Assembly: GCA_041483895.1 (NCBI GenBank)
Contig: JBGPGO010000001.1
Coordinates: forward strand, 1 to 64,000
Origin: Fimbriimonadia bacterium
Lineage (GTDB): Bacteria > Armatimonadota > Fimbriimonadia > Fimbriimonadales > JABRVX01
Length of the DNA stretch: 64,000 nucleotides
Reading direction: 5' to 3'
Shown piece by piece: positions 56,205 to 64,000 of this stretch. A program made the translations under genes and the position numbers. The notes under the pieces were generated by a model that ran no database searches, had not been told where the DNA came from, and saw nothing but the letters and a program-made list of their open reading frames with translations. How positions within the stretch are numbered: position 1 is the stretch's first letter; each line of letters starts with the position of its first letter.

Positions 56205-56437
56205 TCATCTGGTTCCGAGTAAATTGCCTCGCGCTTGAGAGATTCTTCCCCAATCGAAAGTCCTTTGACGCCGTTCGCCTTTAGCCTTTTCAGTGCGGCT
56301 TCCCAGTCCTCGTCCGGGACGTTAAGTCCCTGAACCAGTTCAACATGGAATTCTAGAGACAAGTTGACAGGAAGATCGACCTGCTCTTCGGGAACTATTA
56401 CCTTGCCGTCAAAGTGACCGCGAATTGTCCTTGTCAT
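56201..56437 (-). CDS. Antitoxin (DUF104/AF2212-like)
   Basis: TIRGHFDGKVIVPEEQVDLP, C-terminal REAIY, ATGA overlap with the toxin. Confidence 0.8.
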   Translation of the reverse strand: MTRTIRGHFDGKVIVPEEQVDLPVNLSLEFHVELVQGLNVPDEDWEAALKRLKANGVKGLSIGEESLKREAIYSEPDE

Positions 56438-56445
56438 TATAGTCC

Positions 56446-57174
56446 CTATTGTACACCAGTCATTGACACCCCCGCCCCGGCGAGAATGTCCGATGGCTCG
56501 CGATCGACCGCAAACCAGGTGGAAACATCGTCCGGCCACGCCCGAACTCCCCATGCGACCACGAAATGGAACTGAACTAGTTCCCCTTCCCGTAGGCCTG
56601 GAAATCGCGCAATTAGCCCTTCACGCCCTAAATTGAGGTGAGATTCTTCGGATGGAAAGCTGCGGGCGATTTCCTCGAAGAAGGGTAAGAGTCTCGCTGG
56701 CAGGCCATCACCCCGCATCGCGCGACGATGCAGCCACCTTTCATCTTCCATGCCGATATGCACGACGACTGCTCCCGCCGTCCTTTCCATGGCGGTTAGA
56801 CCCTCACCTGTATCCGGTGACCAATCATCATATCGCGCCTCCGCATCAAAGAAGGCCCTGAATTCAATGCCACTCAGATCCTCGATTGCTCGAATTCTCC
56901 ACGTGGCCGCCCAGCAGTCTGCTACTTGCATCCCTTCCGGCAATTGGAACGTCGGTCTGCAGAGGAGCAATTCGGCCTCCACGGATCCGTTCGACCAACA
57001 ATGGATTCGCGCGCCGGTGGTGAGCTGATAGCCAATGGATGGTTGAGCGCCCAACACGTTCGTTTCGTTGACCGTCAAAGTGAAGCGCACGTCGCCCAAT
57101 GAGGTTGAGATAACTGGTTGCACATCTCCTCGCAGCCACTTTCCATCCGGACAAGTGAACAGCCGAATGTGCAT
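56446..57174 (-). CDS. Hypothetical protein
   Basis: 242-aa ORF filling the gap between MarR and the antitoxin. Confidence 0.65.
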   Translation of the reverse strand: MHIRLFTCPDGKWLRGDVQPVISTSLGDVRFTLTVNETNVLGAQPSIGYQLTTGARIHCWSNGSVEAELLLCRPTFQLPEGMQVADCWAATWRIRAIEDLSGIEFRAFFDAEARYDDWSPDTGEGLTAMERTAGAVVVHIGMEDERWLHRRAMRGDGLPARLLPFFEEIARSFPSEESHLNLGREGLIARFPGLREGELVQFHFVVAWGVRAWPDDVSTWFAVDREPSDILAGAGVSMTGVQ

Positions 57175-57176
57175 GA

Positions 57177-57617
57177 TTACTCTACGCTCATTAATGCCAG
57201 CATCCGCAGCAAGGCCTCCTGGTCACATGCAGAAAGATACCGTCCAAAATGCTGTTCGATGCCTTTTGCGTAGATCGGCCAGGATTGTTCGACCGCTTGC
57301 TGCCCCGTTTCGGTCAGTACCGCATGGGAGCCTCGCCGGTCCTTCGGGCAGCGCTCCCGCCTGATAAGCCCATCCCGCTCCAATCGGTCCACCTGCCGCG
57401 TGAGGCCGCTCCGGCTCAGAACTACCCGGCTAGCCAATTCTGACATGCGCAACCGCTTGTCGCCGGCCTGATCGAGCTCCACCAACACCTCAAAAGCGGC
57501 GGACGGCTGCAGTCCCTGCGACACCATGTCTCGGTCAATCCGATCCACGGTTTTCGCGTGGGCTACCAACAAGGCCCGCCAAGCCCGGACAAACATTGGT
57601 CCTGATTCACAGCTCAT
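57177..57617 (-). CDS. MarR family transcriptional regulator
   Basis: LRMSELA, SRSGLTRQVDRLE.DGLI.R and DRRG...LTE.G motifs. Confidence 0.93.
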   Translation of the reverse strand: MSCESGPMFVRAWRALLVAHAKTVDRIDRDMVSQGLQPSAAFEVLVELDQAGDKRLRMSELASRVVLSRSGLTRQVDRLERDGLIRRERCPKDRRGSHAVLTETGQQAVEQSWPIYAKGIEQHFGRYLSACDQEALLRMLALMSVE

Positions 57618-57639
57618 CGAAAAATCTCCAAGAAAATTC

Positions 57640-57707
57640 GTTGCACTTGCAACTATACTACGCATTGGCTCGTTGTTCGTTGCAGATACAATTATTGTAT
57701 CGGCAAC
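57640..57707. promoter_or_regulatory. Putative MarR operator boxes
   Basis: GTTGCACTTGCAAC (57640-57653) and the near-perfect palindrome GTTGCAGATACAATTATTGTATCGGCAAC (57679-57707). Confidence 0.7.
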
Positions 57708-57723
57708 TAATTCGGAGGTGAGC

Positions 57724-58149
57724 GTGAAAAAGCTCTTTAGCACGAATAACGATATCGCCTATCTCATCGCCCGGCTGGCGCTCGGGATCATGATCTTTCC
57801 CCATGGCTGCCAACTGCTGCTCGGTTGGTTCGGCGGGGGCGGGTTTGACAAGACGGTCACGGCCATGTCGCAGGGCGGAATTCCAGTGCCGTTCGTCTAT
57901 CTGGCCATCATCGCCGAATTCTTCGGCGGACTTGGATTGATTCTCGGGTTTCTCAGCCGAATCTCGGCATTTGGTGTAGGCACGGTGATGGTCGTTGCGG
58001 TCTTGCACGTCCACCTCAAGAACGGCTTCTTTATGCCGACCGGTTACGAGTTCCACATCTTGGCGACCGCTTTGGCGCTCATCGTCATGATCCGCGGCGC
58101 GGGACCGCTGTCCATCGACAGCGTACTTTCCCGGAAGAGAGCAAAGTAG
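57724..58149 (+). CDS. DoxX family membrane protein
   Basis: RLALG..IFPHG, EFFGG, G.EF and GAGPLSID; GGAGG then GTG. Confidence 0.9.
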   Translation: MKKLFSTNNDIAYLIARLALGIMIFPHGCQLLLGWFGGGGFDKTVTAMSQGGIPVPFVYLAIIAEFFGGLGLILGFLSRISAFGVGTVMVVAVLHVHLKNGFFMPTGYEFHILATALALIVMIRGAGPLSIDSVLSRKRAK

Positions 58150-58201
58150 ACCTCGGATTTACACGGGGCGGCCCGGCGTGCTATGCTTGTCCGGTCGCCC
58201 C

Positions 58202-58903
58202 ATGCTGATCCCGATACGAGACGAAAATCCTTCGAAACAGTTCCCGGCCGTCACGGTCACATTGATCTGCCTCAATCTGATTCTGTATCTGTGGGATCGT
58301 GGTGGCAACCCGTTCGGCCCCAGCGCGGTGTTCAACCAAATGACGATGGTGCCCGCCGACGTCACGGCGGCGTTGAACGGGGGACCGAAGGATTTGCTCC
58401 TCAATCTCTTCACCTGCATGTTCCTTCACGCCAGTATCGCTCACATTTTGGGAAACATGCTGTTTCTTTGGATATTCGGCAACAACGTCGAGGACACGTT
58501 TGGCTCTGCCGCGTTCCTTGGCCTCTATCTGTTTTGGGGGCTGGCCGCCTCGGCTCTGCACATTTACATTGACCCCACAAATCAGGTTCCGGTCCTTGGC
58601 GCGAGCGGGGCGATAGCGGGAGTGCTTGGAAGCTATTTAATGTTGTTTCCCCATGCCCGAATCGATACGTTGTTCTGGGCGTTTTTCGCATTCGTATTGG
58701 AGGTGCCGGCATGGGCTCTGCTTGGCGTATGGTTTATCATGCAGGCTCTAATGGTCTATTTTGGGACTCTGACGGGTGTGGCAGCGTGGGCGCACATTGG
58801 CGGCTTCATGGCGGGCATGATCACGGTCCTCGTACTTGGCGGTCGGGCGAGACTGCTGCGCAAGTCCGAAGAGTTGGAGGCCGTCCGTGAACAGCAATCT
58901 TAA
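58202..58903 (+). CDS. Rhomboid family intramembrane serine protease
   Basis: MFLH..HILGNM, GASGA and AHIGG motifs. Confidence 0.93.
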   Translation: MLIPIRDENPSKQFPAVTVTLICLNLILYLWDRGGNPFGPSAVFNQMTMVPADVTAALNGGPKDLLLNLFTCMFLHASIAHILGNMLFLWIFGNNVEDTFGSAAFLGLYLFWGLAASALHIYIDPTNQVPVLGASGAIAGVLGSYLMLFPHARIDTLFWAFFAFVLEVPAWALLGVWFIMQALMVYFGTLTGVAAWAHIGGFMAGMITVLVLGGRARLLRKSEELEAVREQQS

Positions 58904-60740
58904 ATGGTGCCTGCTCTGCGCGACCCTAGCGCTCGTTCTTTCGATCCCTTCCCTGCTGGCGCGATACAAAGTGGAGGCCGGCAACCAGGCGGTCGAGCTG
59001 GTGATCGAATATCCGGAAGTGGAGGCGCTTGCCGCGGGAACGGGACGAACTGTTAGCGACGTTCTGATTGAATTGAAGAGCGCGGGTTTGACCGGTGTCG
59101 TCGTCATTGAAGATACGATCACTACCCTGCTGGACAGCGGCCGTCTCACTCACAGGCCGGCGGGGGACGCGATCACGGATTGGGCAGCGGATGCTTCCGC
59201 CTATAAGCAGTTGCAGATTGCGCTGTTCGGCAAGTTCAACTGGCGTTCGGAAGACGACCGACACACGGCCTGCACTCTCGGAGCGTTTGGAAAACCGGCG
59301 CTCAGCTATCGAAATTCACTGTTTGCTCTCGGCATGGCCGGCGTCGGTATCGACCGCCGACAGACCGATCTTGTTCAGGCGAACGGACTCACATTGATTG
59401 GCCGGGTGAGCAACTACGAAGGGGCGGACCTGGAAGGAATTGAATGGACTCTCAAGGACCTGAAAGCCTCGGGATGCTCGACGGTCGTGTTTCTCGGTAT
59501 GGAGGTCCTCGGTTCGCGAGAGCTGATCAAAGAGACCGCTGCAGCTATCAAAGAGAATGGACTTTCTTTTGGGTTCGCGGAGTTCGGCAAGCAGTGGGGG
59601 GACGAACGAATGCTGCGGGAAATCCCCGAGTCCTCCATGCGCCTCCACAGCATCCTGCCCGCGGAAATGACGACGATGTCTCCGGTCGATCAGGTGGAGC
59701 GGTACGTCCGGGCGGCAAAAGAGCGCGACTGCCGCATCCTATACCTACGCCTTCTTACCGCCGCCGGACCGGACCCCGTACAAGCCAACGCCGATTACAT
59801 CCGAACGATTTCCAGCTACCTCAATCGCCTAGGCATGGCCGCCCGCACCGCCCATCCGATGGCGACTCCAACAGACACGCCCTTTACTTTGGTCGTTGCC
59901 ATCGTCGCGCCGTTCTTGGGTGGCATCGCTCTTTTTCAGTTGCTCAGATGGCCGCTCTGGATCGCGGTTTTCATGGCAATCCCTGGACTGATCGGCGAAG
60001 CGATCGGCATCGGCGGGCCGAACGGGGTCCATGCCCTGATGGCGTCCATTCTGTTTCCAACCGTTGCCGTGCTGGCGGTCGCGGAAGGGTTGGAGGGCCG
60101 TACGGCATCCCAGGCCGTTCTCATGTACCTCGTCGCCGCATTTATCAGCTTTTGCGGGGCGTTGGCCGCCGCCGCCATGATTTCGACGCTTCCCTACATG
60201 GTTAGGGCGGAGCAGGCATTTGGCATCAAGCTCACCCATGTCATGCCGGTTCTCATCGTCGGCCTTGTTCTCTTGTTCCGCCGGTATCGGGACGGGGGAT
60301 TCGGGCAAAACATCAAATGGTGGCATCTTGCGGTCGCCCTCATCGGTCTTGTCGTGGTCGCTCTGCTCGTTATCCGGACCGGAAACGAGGGCGGATCGGT
60401 AAGCGGATTCGAGATCAAGCTGCGATCGGCGCTGGACAAATTCCTTACGGTCCGGCCCCGAACGAAGGAGCTTTTGTTCGGACACCCGATCTTTATCGCG
60501 GGGCTGCTGGCCCTTGCCGCGCGGCGCCCCCGGTTCGTGCCGCTGCTGCTGGCTGCCGGCGCGATTGGACAGGCGAGCATCGTCAATACGTTCAGTCACA
60601 TCCACACTCCGTTGGCCGTCTCGCTCTTGCGCGTCGTTTGGGGCGTTACACTCGGCGGTATACTCGGCGCGGTGGTCTACACGATCATCATTAAGTTGGA
60701 ACCGTTGGCGCTGCGCATATGGAAGCAAAACTCGTCTTAG
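58887..60740 (+). CDS. DUF5693 family membrane protein
   Basis: RAAKER..RILY, GIKL, RPRTKE and NTFSHIHTP; lies directly upstream of csaB. Confidence 0.82.
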   Translation: MNSNLKWCLLCATLALVLSIPSLLARYKVEAGNQAVELVIEYPEVEALAAGTGRTVSDVLIELKSAGLTGVVVIEDTITTLLDSGRLTHRPAGDAITDWAADASAYKQLQIALFGKFNWRSEDDRHTACTLGAFGKPALSYRNSLFALGMAGVGIDRRQTDLVQANGLTLIGRVSNYEGADLEGIEWTLKDLKASGCSTVVFLGMEVLGSRELIKETAAAIKENGLSFGFAEFGKQWGDERMLREIPESSMRLHSILPAEMTTMSPVDQVERYVRAAKERDCRILYLRLLTAAGPDPVQANADYIRTISSYLNRLGMAARTAHPMATPTDTPFTLVVAIVAPFLGGIALFQLLRWPLWIAVFMAIPGLIGEAIGIGGPNGVHALMASILFPTVAVLAVAEGLEGRTASQAVLMYLVAAFISFCGALAAAAMISTLPYMVRAEQAFGIKLTHVMPVLIVGLVLLFRRYRDGGFGQNIKWWHLAVALIGLVVVALLVIRTGNEGGSVSGFEIKLRSALDKFLTVRPRTKELLFGHPIFIAGLLALAARRPRFVPLLLAAGAIGQASIVNTFSHIHTPLAVSLLRVVWGVTLGGILGAVVYTIIIKLEPLALRIWKQNSS

Positions 60741-61819
60741 CGGGCTATTTCGGCTGCGGCAATCTGGGTGACGACGCCATCCTCGCCGGGTTCTTGGAAG
60801 GCATCGCCGGATTTCCCGTTCGTCCCATCGCATTATCCGGCTTTCCTGAACAGACGTACCGTACGCTGCAGGTCCACGCGATTCCTCGCATGAACTATTC
60901 CGCCATCTCGGAAGCGCTGCAAGGGGCGGAGGCGCTCGTGTTTCCCGGAGGCAGCATATTCCAGGATGTGACCAGCCTCCGCTCGATCTATTACTATTCG
61001 AAATTGGTGTCGATGGGAAAGAAGTTAACGGGGCGCGTGATCTTGCTTGGCCAAGGTTTCGGTCCCGTCAATCGATTCCTCGGGAAAAGCCGTGCCGCTT
61101 CCATGCTGCGACAGATCGACGCGATTGCGGTCCGCGACGAGGCCGCGGCGCGCGGCATTGTCGCGATGGGCGCCCGGTGTGAAGTGACGGTGACGGCGGA
61201 TATGGCCTGGCTCGCCAAGCCGGACGCCTCAGCAGCGGGAGGCGGCTTCGGTCTTCAGGACCAGCAGGCGATCGGCCTGGTTCCCCGCGTCTGGGGTCGT
61301 GCAAAGCCGATCGCGGAAGCATTCGTGCAGTTCTCTCGCGCGATGTCCGGCTCCGGGCACATGCCGATTATGGTTCCATTGGATGAGGCCGGGGATCAGG
61401 CGCTCTATAAGGAGATGGAGAAGCTGGGCGGCAACCCAACGATGATCAAAGGCGTCCGCACCCCGCAGGCGATGATGGCCCGAATCGAGCGCATGTCCGG
61501 GGTCGTCACGATGCGCTATCACGGAGCGATTTTTGCCGCAAAGGCCGGGATTCCCCCGATTTTGGTGAGTTACGATCCCAAGGTAACCCACCTCAGCGAT
61601 ATACTGGAAGTGCCGGCAGCCATCCCTGTGGAGCGACTTTCCAGCGATCTTCTGATAAAATCATGGGAGAACTACGAAGCCAGGCGAGACTATCTAGCAA
61701 CGAGAATTGGCCTGGTTCGTCAAACAATGGAAGCGAAGGCACAGGCCAACATCGAACTGTTGTGCCGACATGTGCCCTCCCTGAAAGGTCAGGTGCAACC
61801 GAACAAGGTCTCGTCTTGA
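60719..61819 (+). CDS. csaB: Polysaccharide pyruvyl transferase
   Basis: GYFGCGNLGDDA, GGSIFQDVTS, QGFGP, MRYH and SYDPKV motifs. Confidence 0.9.
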   Translation: MEAKLVLAGYFGCGNLGDDAILAGFLEGIAGFPVRPIALSGFPEQTYRTLQVHAIPRMNYSAISEALQGAEALVFPGGSIFQDVTSLRSIYYYSKLVSMGKKLTGRVILLGQGFGPVNRFLGKSRAASMLRQIDAIAVRDEAAARGIVAMGARCEVTVTADMAWLAKPDASAAGGGFGLQDQQAIGLVPRVWGRAKPIAEAFVQFSRAMSGSGHMPIMVPLDEAGDQALYKEMEKLGGNPTMIKGVRTPQAMMARIERMSGVVTMRYHGAIFAAKAGIPPILVSYDPKVTHLSDILEVPAAIPVERLSSDLLIKSWENYEARRDYLATRIGLVRQTMEAKAQANIELLCRHVPSLKGQVQPNKVSS

Positions 61820-64000
61820 AATTTCTTCGTACCACAGCGGTTCTCCTCGGCTGCGCGGCGGCCACGGCAGTTGGCGCGTGGGATTTGCGCGCCTGGCTCG
61901 ACCAGAAGCTGTTCTCCCCGATCAAGATTTCCGGTTCCAAGACCTTGGGCTTCCATATGCACGACGTCGGCGGAGATCGTTCCACATTTGACCAGCAAAA
62001 CTATTTCGGCGATGGGGACAAGGCGGTCACAGACCGTACCGACCTCTACATCCGAGGCGAGAAGGTGCTCGGTTTCATTGACTTTGAGACTCGGATGACG
62101 AACAACAAGTTCGGAAACCCCTACGACCGGCGTTTGACATTCGTATATGGCTCCAAGCTTTTCGACGCCAAATTGGGTGATCTAAGCTCCGCATCGCTGC
62201 ATAACACCAATCCGCTCACCAGCTTTTCCAAGACGATGAATGGCGCGACGGGAACTCTGAAGATCGGAAAAGGTTATGAGCTCAAGCTGATCGGTTCGCA
62301 GACGAGGGCGAATGCCAGGACCATCTCGTTTCCGGGCAACAACAGCGCCGGCCCGTACTATCTGACCGGTGGCAACATTGTTGATGGCAGTCTGCGAGTT
62401 CGCGTGGACGATGTCGAAATGAAGCTTGGCGCCGACTACACAGTAGACTATCAGACCGGACTGCTCAATTTCCGCCCAGGACTGATCATCCCGCCGACCT
62501 CGACAATTATCGCCACATACGAGTCATACGGCTTCAACGATCAGACCGGCAAGATTATGGGTGGTTCGCTGATGCTTCCCTTCTTCAAAGGACTATCGGC
62601 AGAAGTGAGCGCCATCCAGCAGACGACGAATTCGGGTTCAGGTTTGGGCACGCGCACGGAACGGTTTTATGGATACGGTCCGCCCGCAACTCCCTATGAT
62701 CTGCAATTTGAGCCTCTTATCGATGACGCCCATCCGATACTTGTCACGATCGACGGGGTGCCCCAGCAATTGGGCATCAACTACTATTTTGATCTCAACC
62801 TGCCGTTCCGGTTTTACTTCCGATTCTATGTGGACAGCAAACAGATCGTGCAGGTTGTGTACACACCGAAACCGTCCAGCAACCTCGCGGCAAACGGCGA
62901 CAAGTCGGTCTATGGCGTCGCGGTCCGATGGCAGCCACTGAAAGGGCTTACGATTCAGCACAATATCGGAACGAGCCGATTGGATTCGCCGACGGGTCCA
63001 GTGAGTGGTTCCGCACGCACCACCCAACTGACATTCAATCGCGGCGGATTGAGCTTCAAGGCCGGATTCAACGATATTCCCGACACGTTCACCACCATCT
63101 CCAGCACCGGATTCCGGCGAAACGAGAAGGGCCAGACGTACGACCTGAGCTATGATTTCGGCAAAGGTCTCCGCATGCGGGCATCGACGAGCCACAGCAA
63201 AGTCGCGCTCGGAGCGTTCGGTTCCTCCGGCACGCAGTCCGGATCGACCGATGTGGCCACGGAAACTTTCGGAGTCGACTACGTTGTCGGGAAGGGAACG
63301 ATCAGTCTCAACCATTCGAAGCACGATTCTTCCGGCGTTGACAGCGGAAGCGGGAACTCGGTGGACACGTTGCGCTATTCAACAAAATTTGGCCGCTTTA
63401 CCCCGGCCATCGAGATCAGCAACACGGTGTCCAGCTATTTCTCGCAGAGCGCGAACACCCGCGACAAAACGAAAACCAGCAGCGTGCGTCTTTCCAGCGG
63501 CTGGGAGGTAAGCAGTTGGATGACCTTCACGACCGCGGTTAGCCAAAACATGATCCAGGGCGTCAACGGAGATTCCAACGGCAGAGACATTTCCGTCGAT
63601 TTGAGCGCGCATCCCAACGACAAATTGAATTTCCGCGTCGGATTCAACGATTCCAATTCCGGCTACTACAACTATTCGGGGTATGGGAACGGCTATGGCG
63701 ACGGCTACGGCAACGGCGGATTCTCCGGTGGCGGCGATGGGTATGGAGTGGGAGGGTACGGCGTGCAGCAGCGGGGCTACACGGCCAGCGCGCACTATGC
63801 TCCGTGGTCCAGCTTTTCCTTCGATATCAACTACAGCAAGCAGGTGGCGAACGGCGACAACCTGACGAACAGCGACGTCCAATCGATCGGCCTTGGCTTC
63901 GGCTACACCCCGAGCACTTGGCTCCGGGTTAACAGCCAAGTGCAGAAGCAGTCCGTCAATTTCACATCAGGCTCCGGCTCATCCAACACCACCCTGCTAA
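61816..64000 (+). CDS. Large secreted outer-membrane beta-barrel-like protein (partial; absent from the ORF track)
   Basis: TTG overlaps the csaB stop. Reads MKFLRTTAVLLGCAAATAVGA..., contains GADYTVDYQTGLLNF (SprA-like) and alternating beta-strand patterns, and stays open to the window end. Confidence 0.82.
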   Translation, partial: MKFLRTTAVLLGCAAATAVGAWDLRAWLDQKLFSPIKISGSKTLGFHMHDVGGDRSTFDQQNYFGDGDKAVTDRTDLYIRGEKVLGFIDFETRMTNNKFGNPYDRRLTFVYGSKLFDAKLGDLSSASLHNTNPLTSFSKTMNGATGTLKIGKGYELKLIGSQTRANARTISFPGNNSAGPYYLTGGNIVDGSLRVRVDDVEMKLGADYTVDYQTGLLNFRPGLIIPPTSTIIATYESYGFNDQTGKIMGGSLMLPFFKGLSAEVSAIQQTTNSGSGLGTRTERFYGYGPPATPYDLQFEPLIDDAHPILVTIDGVPQQLGINYYFDLNLPFRFYFRFYVDSKQIVQVVYTPKPSSNLAANGDKSVYGVAVRWQPLKGLTIQHNIGTSRLDSPTGPVSGSARTTQLTFNRGGLSFKAGFNDIPDTFTTISSTGFRRNEKGQTYDLSYDFGKGLRMRASTSHSKVALGAFGSSGTQSGSTDVATETFGVDYVVGKGTISLNHSKHDSSGVDSGSGNSVDTLRYSTKFGRFTPAIEISNTVSSYFSQSANTRDKTKTSSVRLSSGWEVSSWMTFTTAVSQNMIQGVNGDSNGRDISVDLSAHPNDKLNFRVGFNDSNSGYYNYSGYGNGYGDGYGNGGFSGGGDGYGVGGYGVQQRGYTASAHYAPWSSFSFDINYSKQVANGDNLTNSDVQSIGLGFGYTPSTWLRVNSQVQKQSVNFTSGSGSSNTTLL

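Overview
GC-rich bacterial chromosome segment, probably Armatimonadota or a related diderm Terrabacteria lineage. This is inferred from a PEP-CTERM protein, a dockerin-like C-terminal domain, and a DUF5693-csaB-beta-barrel operon. Core genes include an HMG-CoA lyase, smpB, glnA, an M16 protease pair, a GH18/deacetylase/GT2 fusion, a Tat-exported SOD, tRNA-His, peptidases, MarR/DoxX and a rhomboid protease. Accessory DNA is interleaved among them: an IS481 end at the left edge, a more AT-rich ~5 kb island (Shedu nuclease with an overlapping partner, and an LpxD-like acyltransferase fused to its own acyl carrier protein), and a ~27.6 kb carbohydrate-utilisation region bounded by tRNA-His and a degenerate copy of its 3' end. 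Signals the ORF track misses: (i) a UGA-recoded deiodinase-like selenoprotein with a SECIS-like hairpin; (ii) four 58-59 bp elements with conserved inverted ends and variable cores, one inserted in frame in a gene; (iii) two cases where an inserted gene is followed by a synonymously recoded copy of part of the 3' region of the gene upstream of it; (iv) an in-frame TAG splitting a GH2 gene; (v) a large secreted beta-barrel-like ORF running off the right edge. All calls were made by eye; no searches were run.
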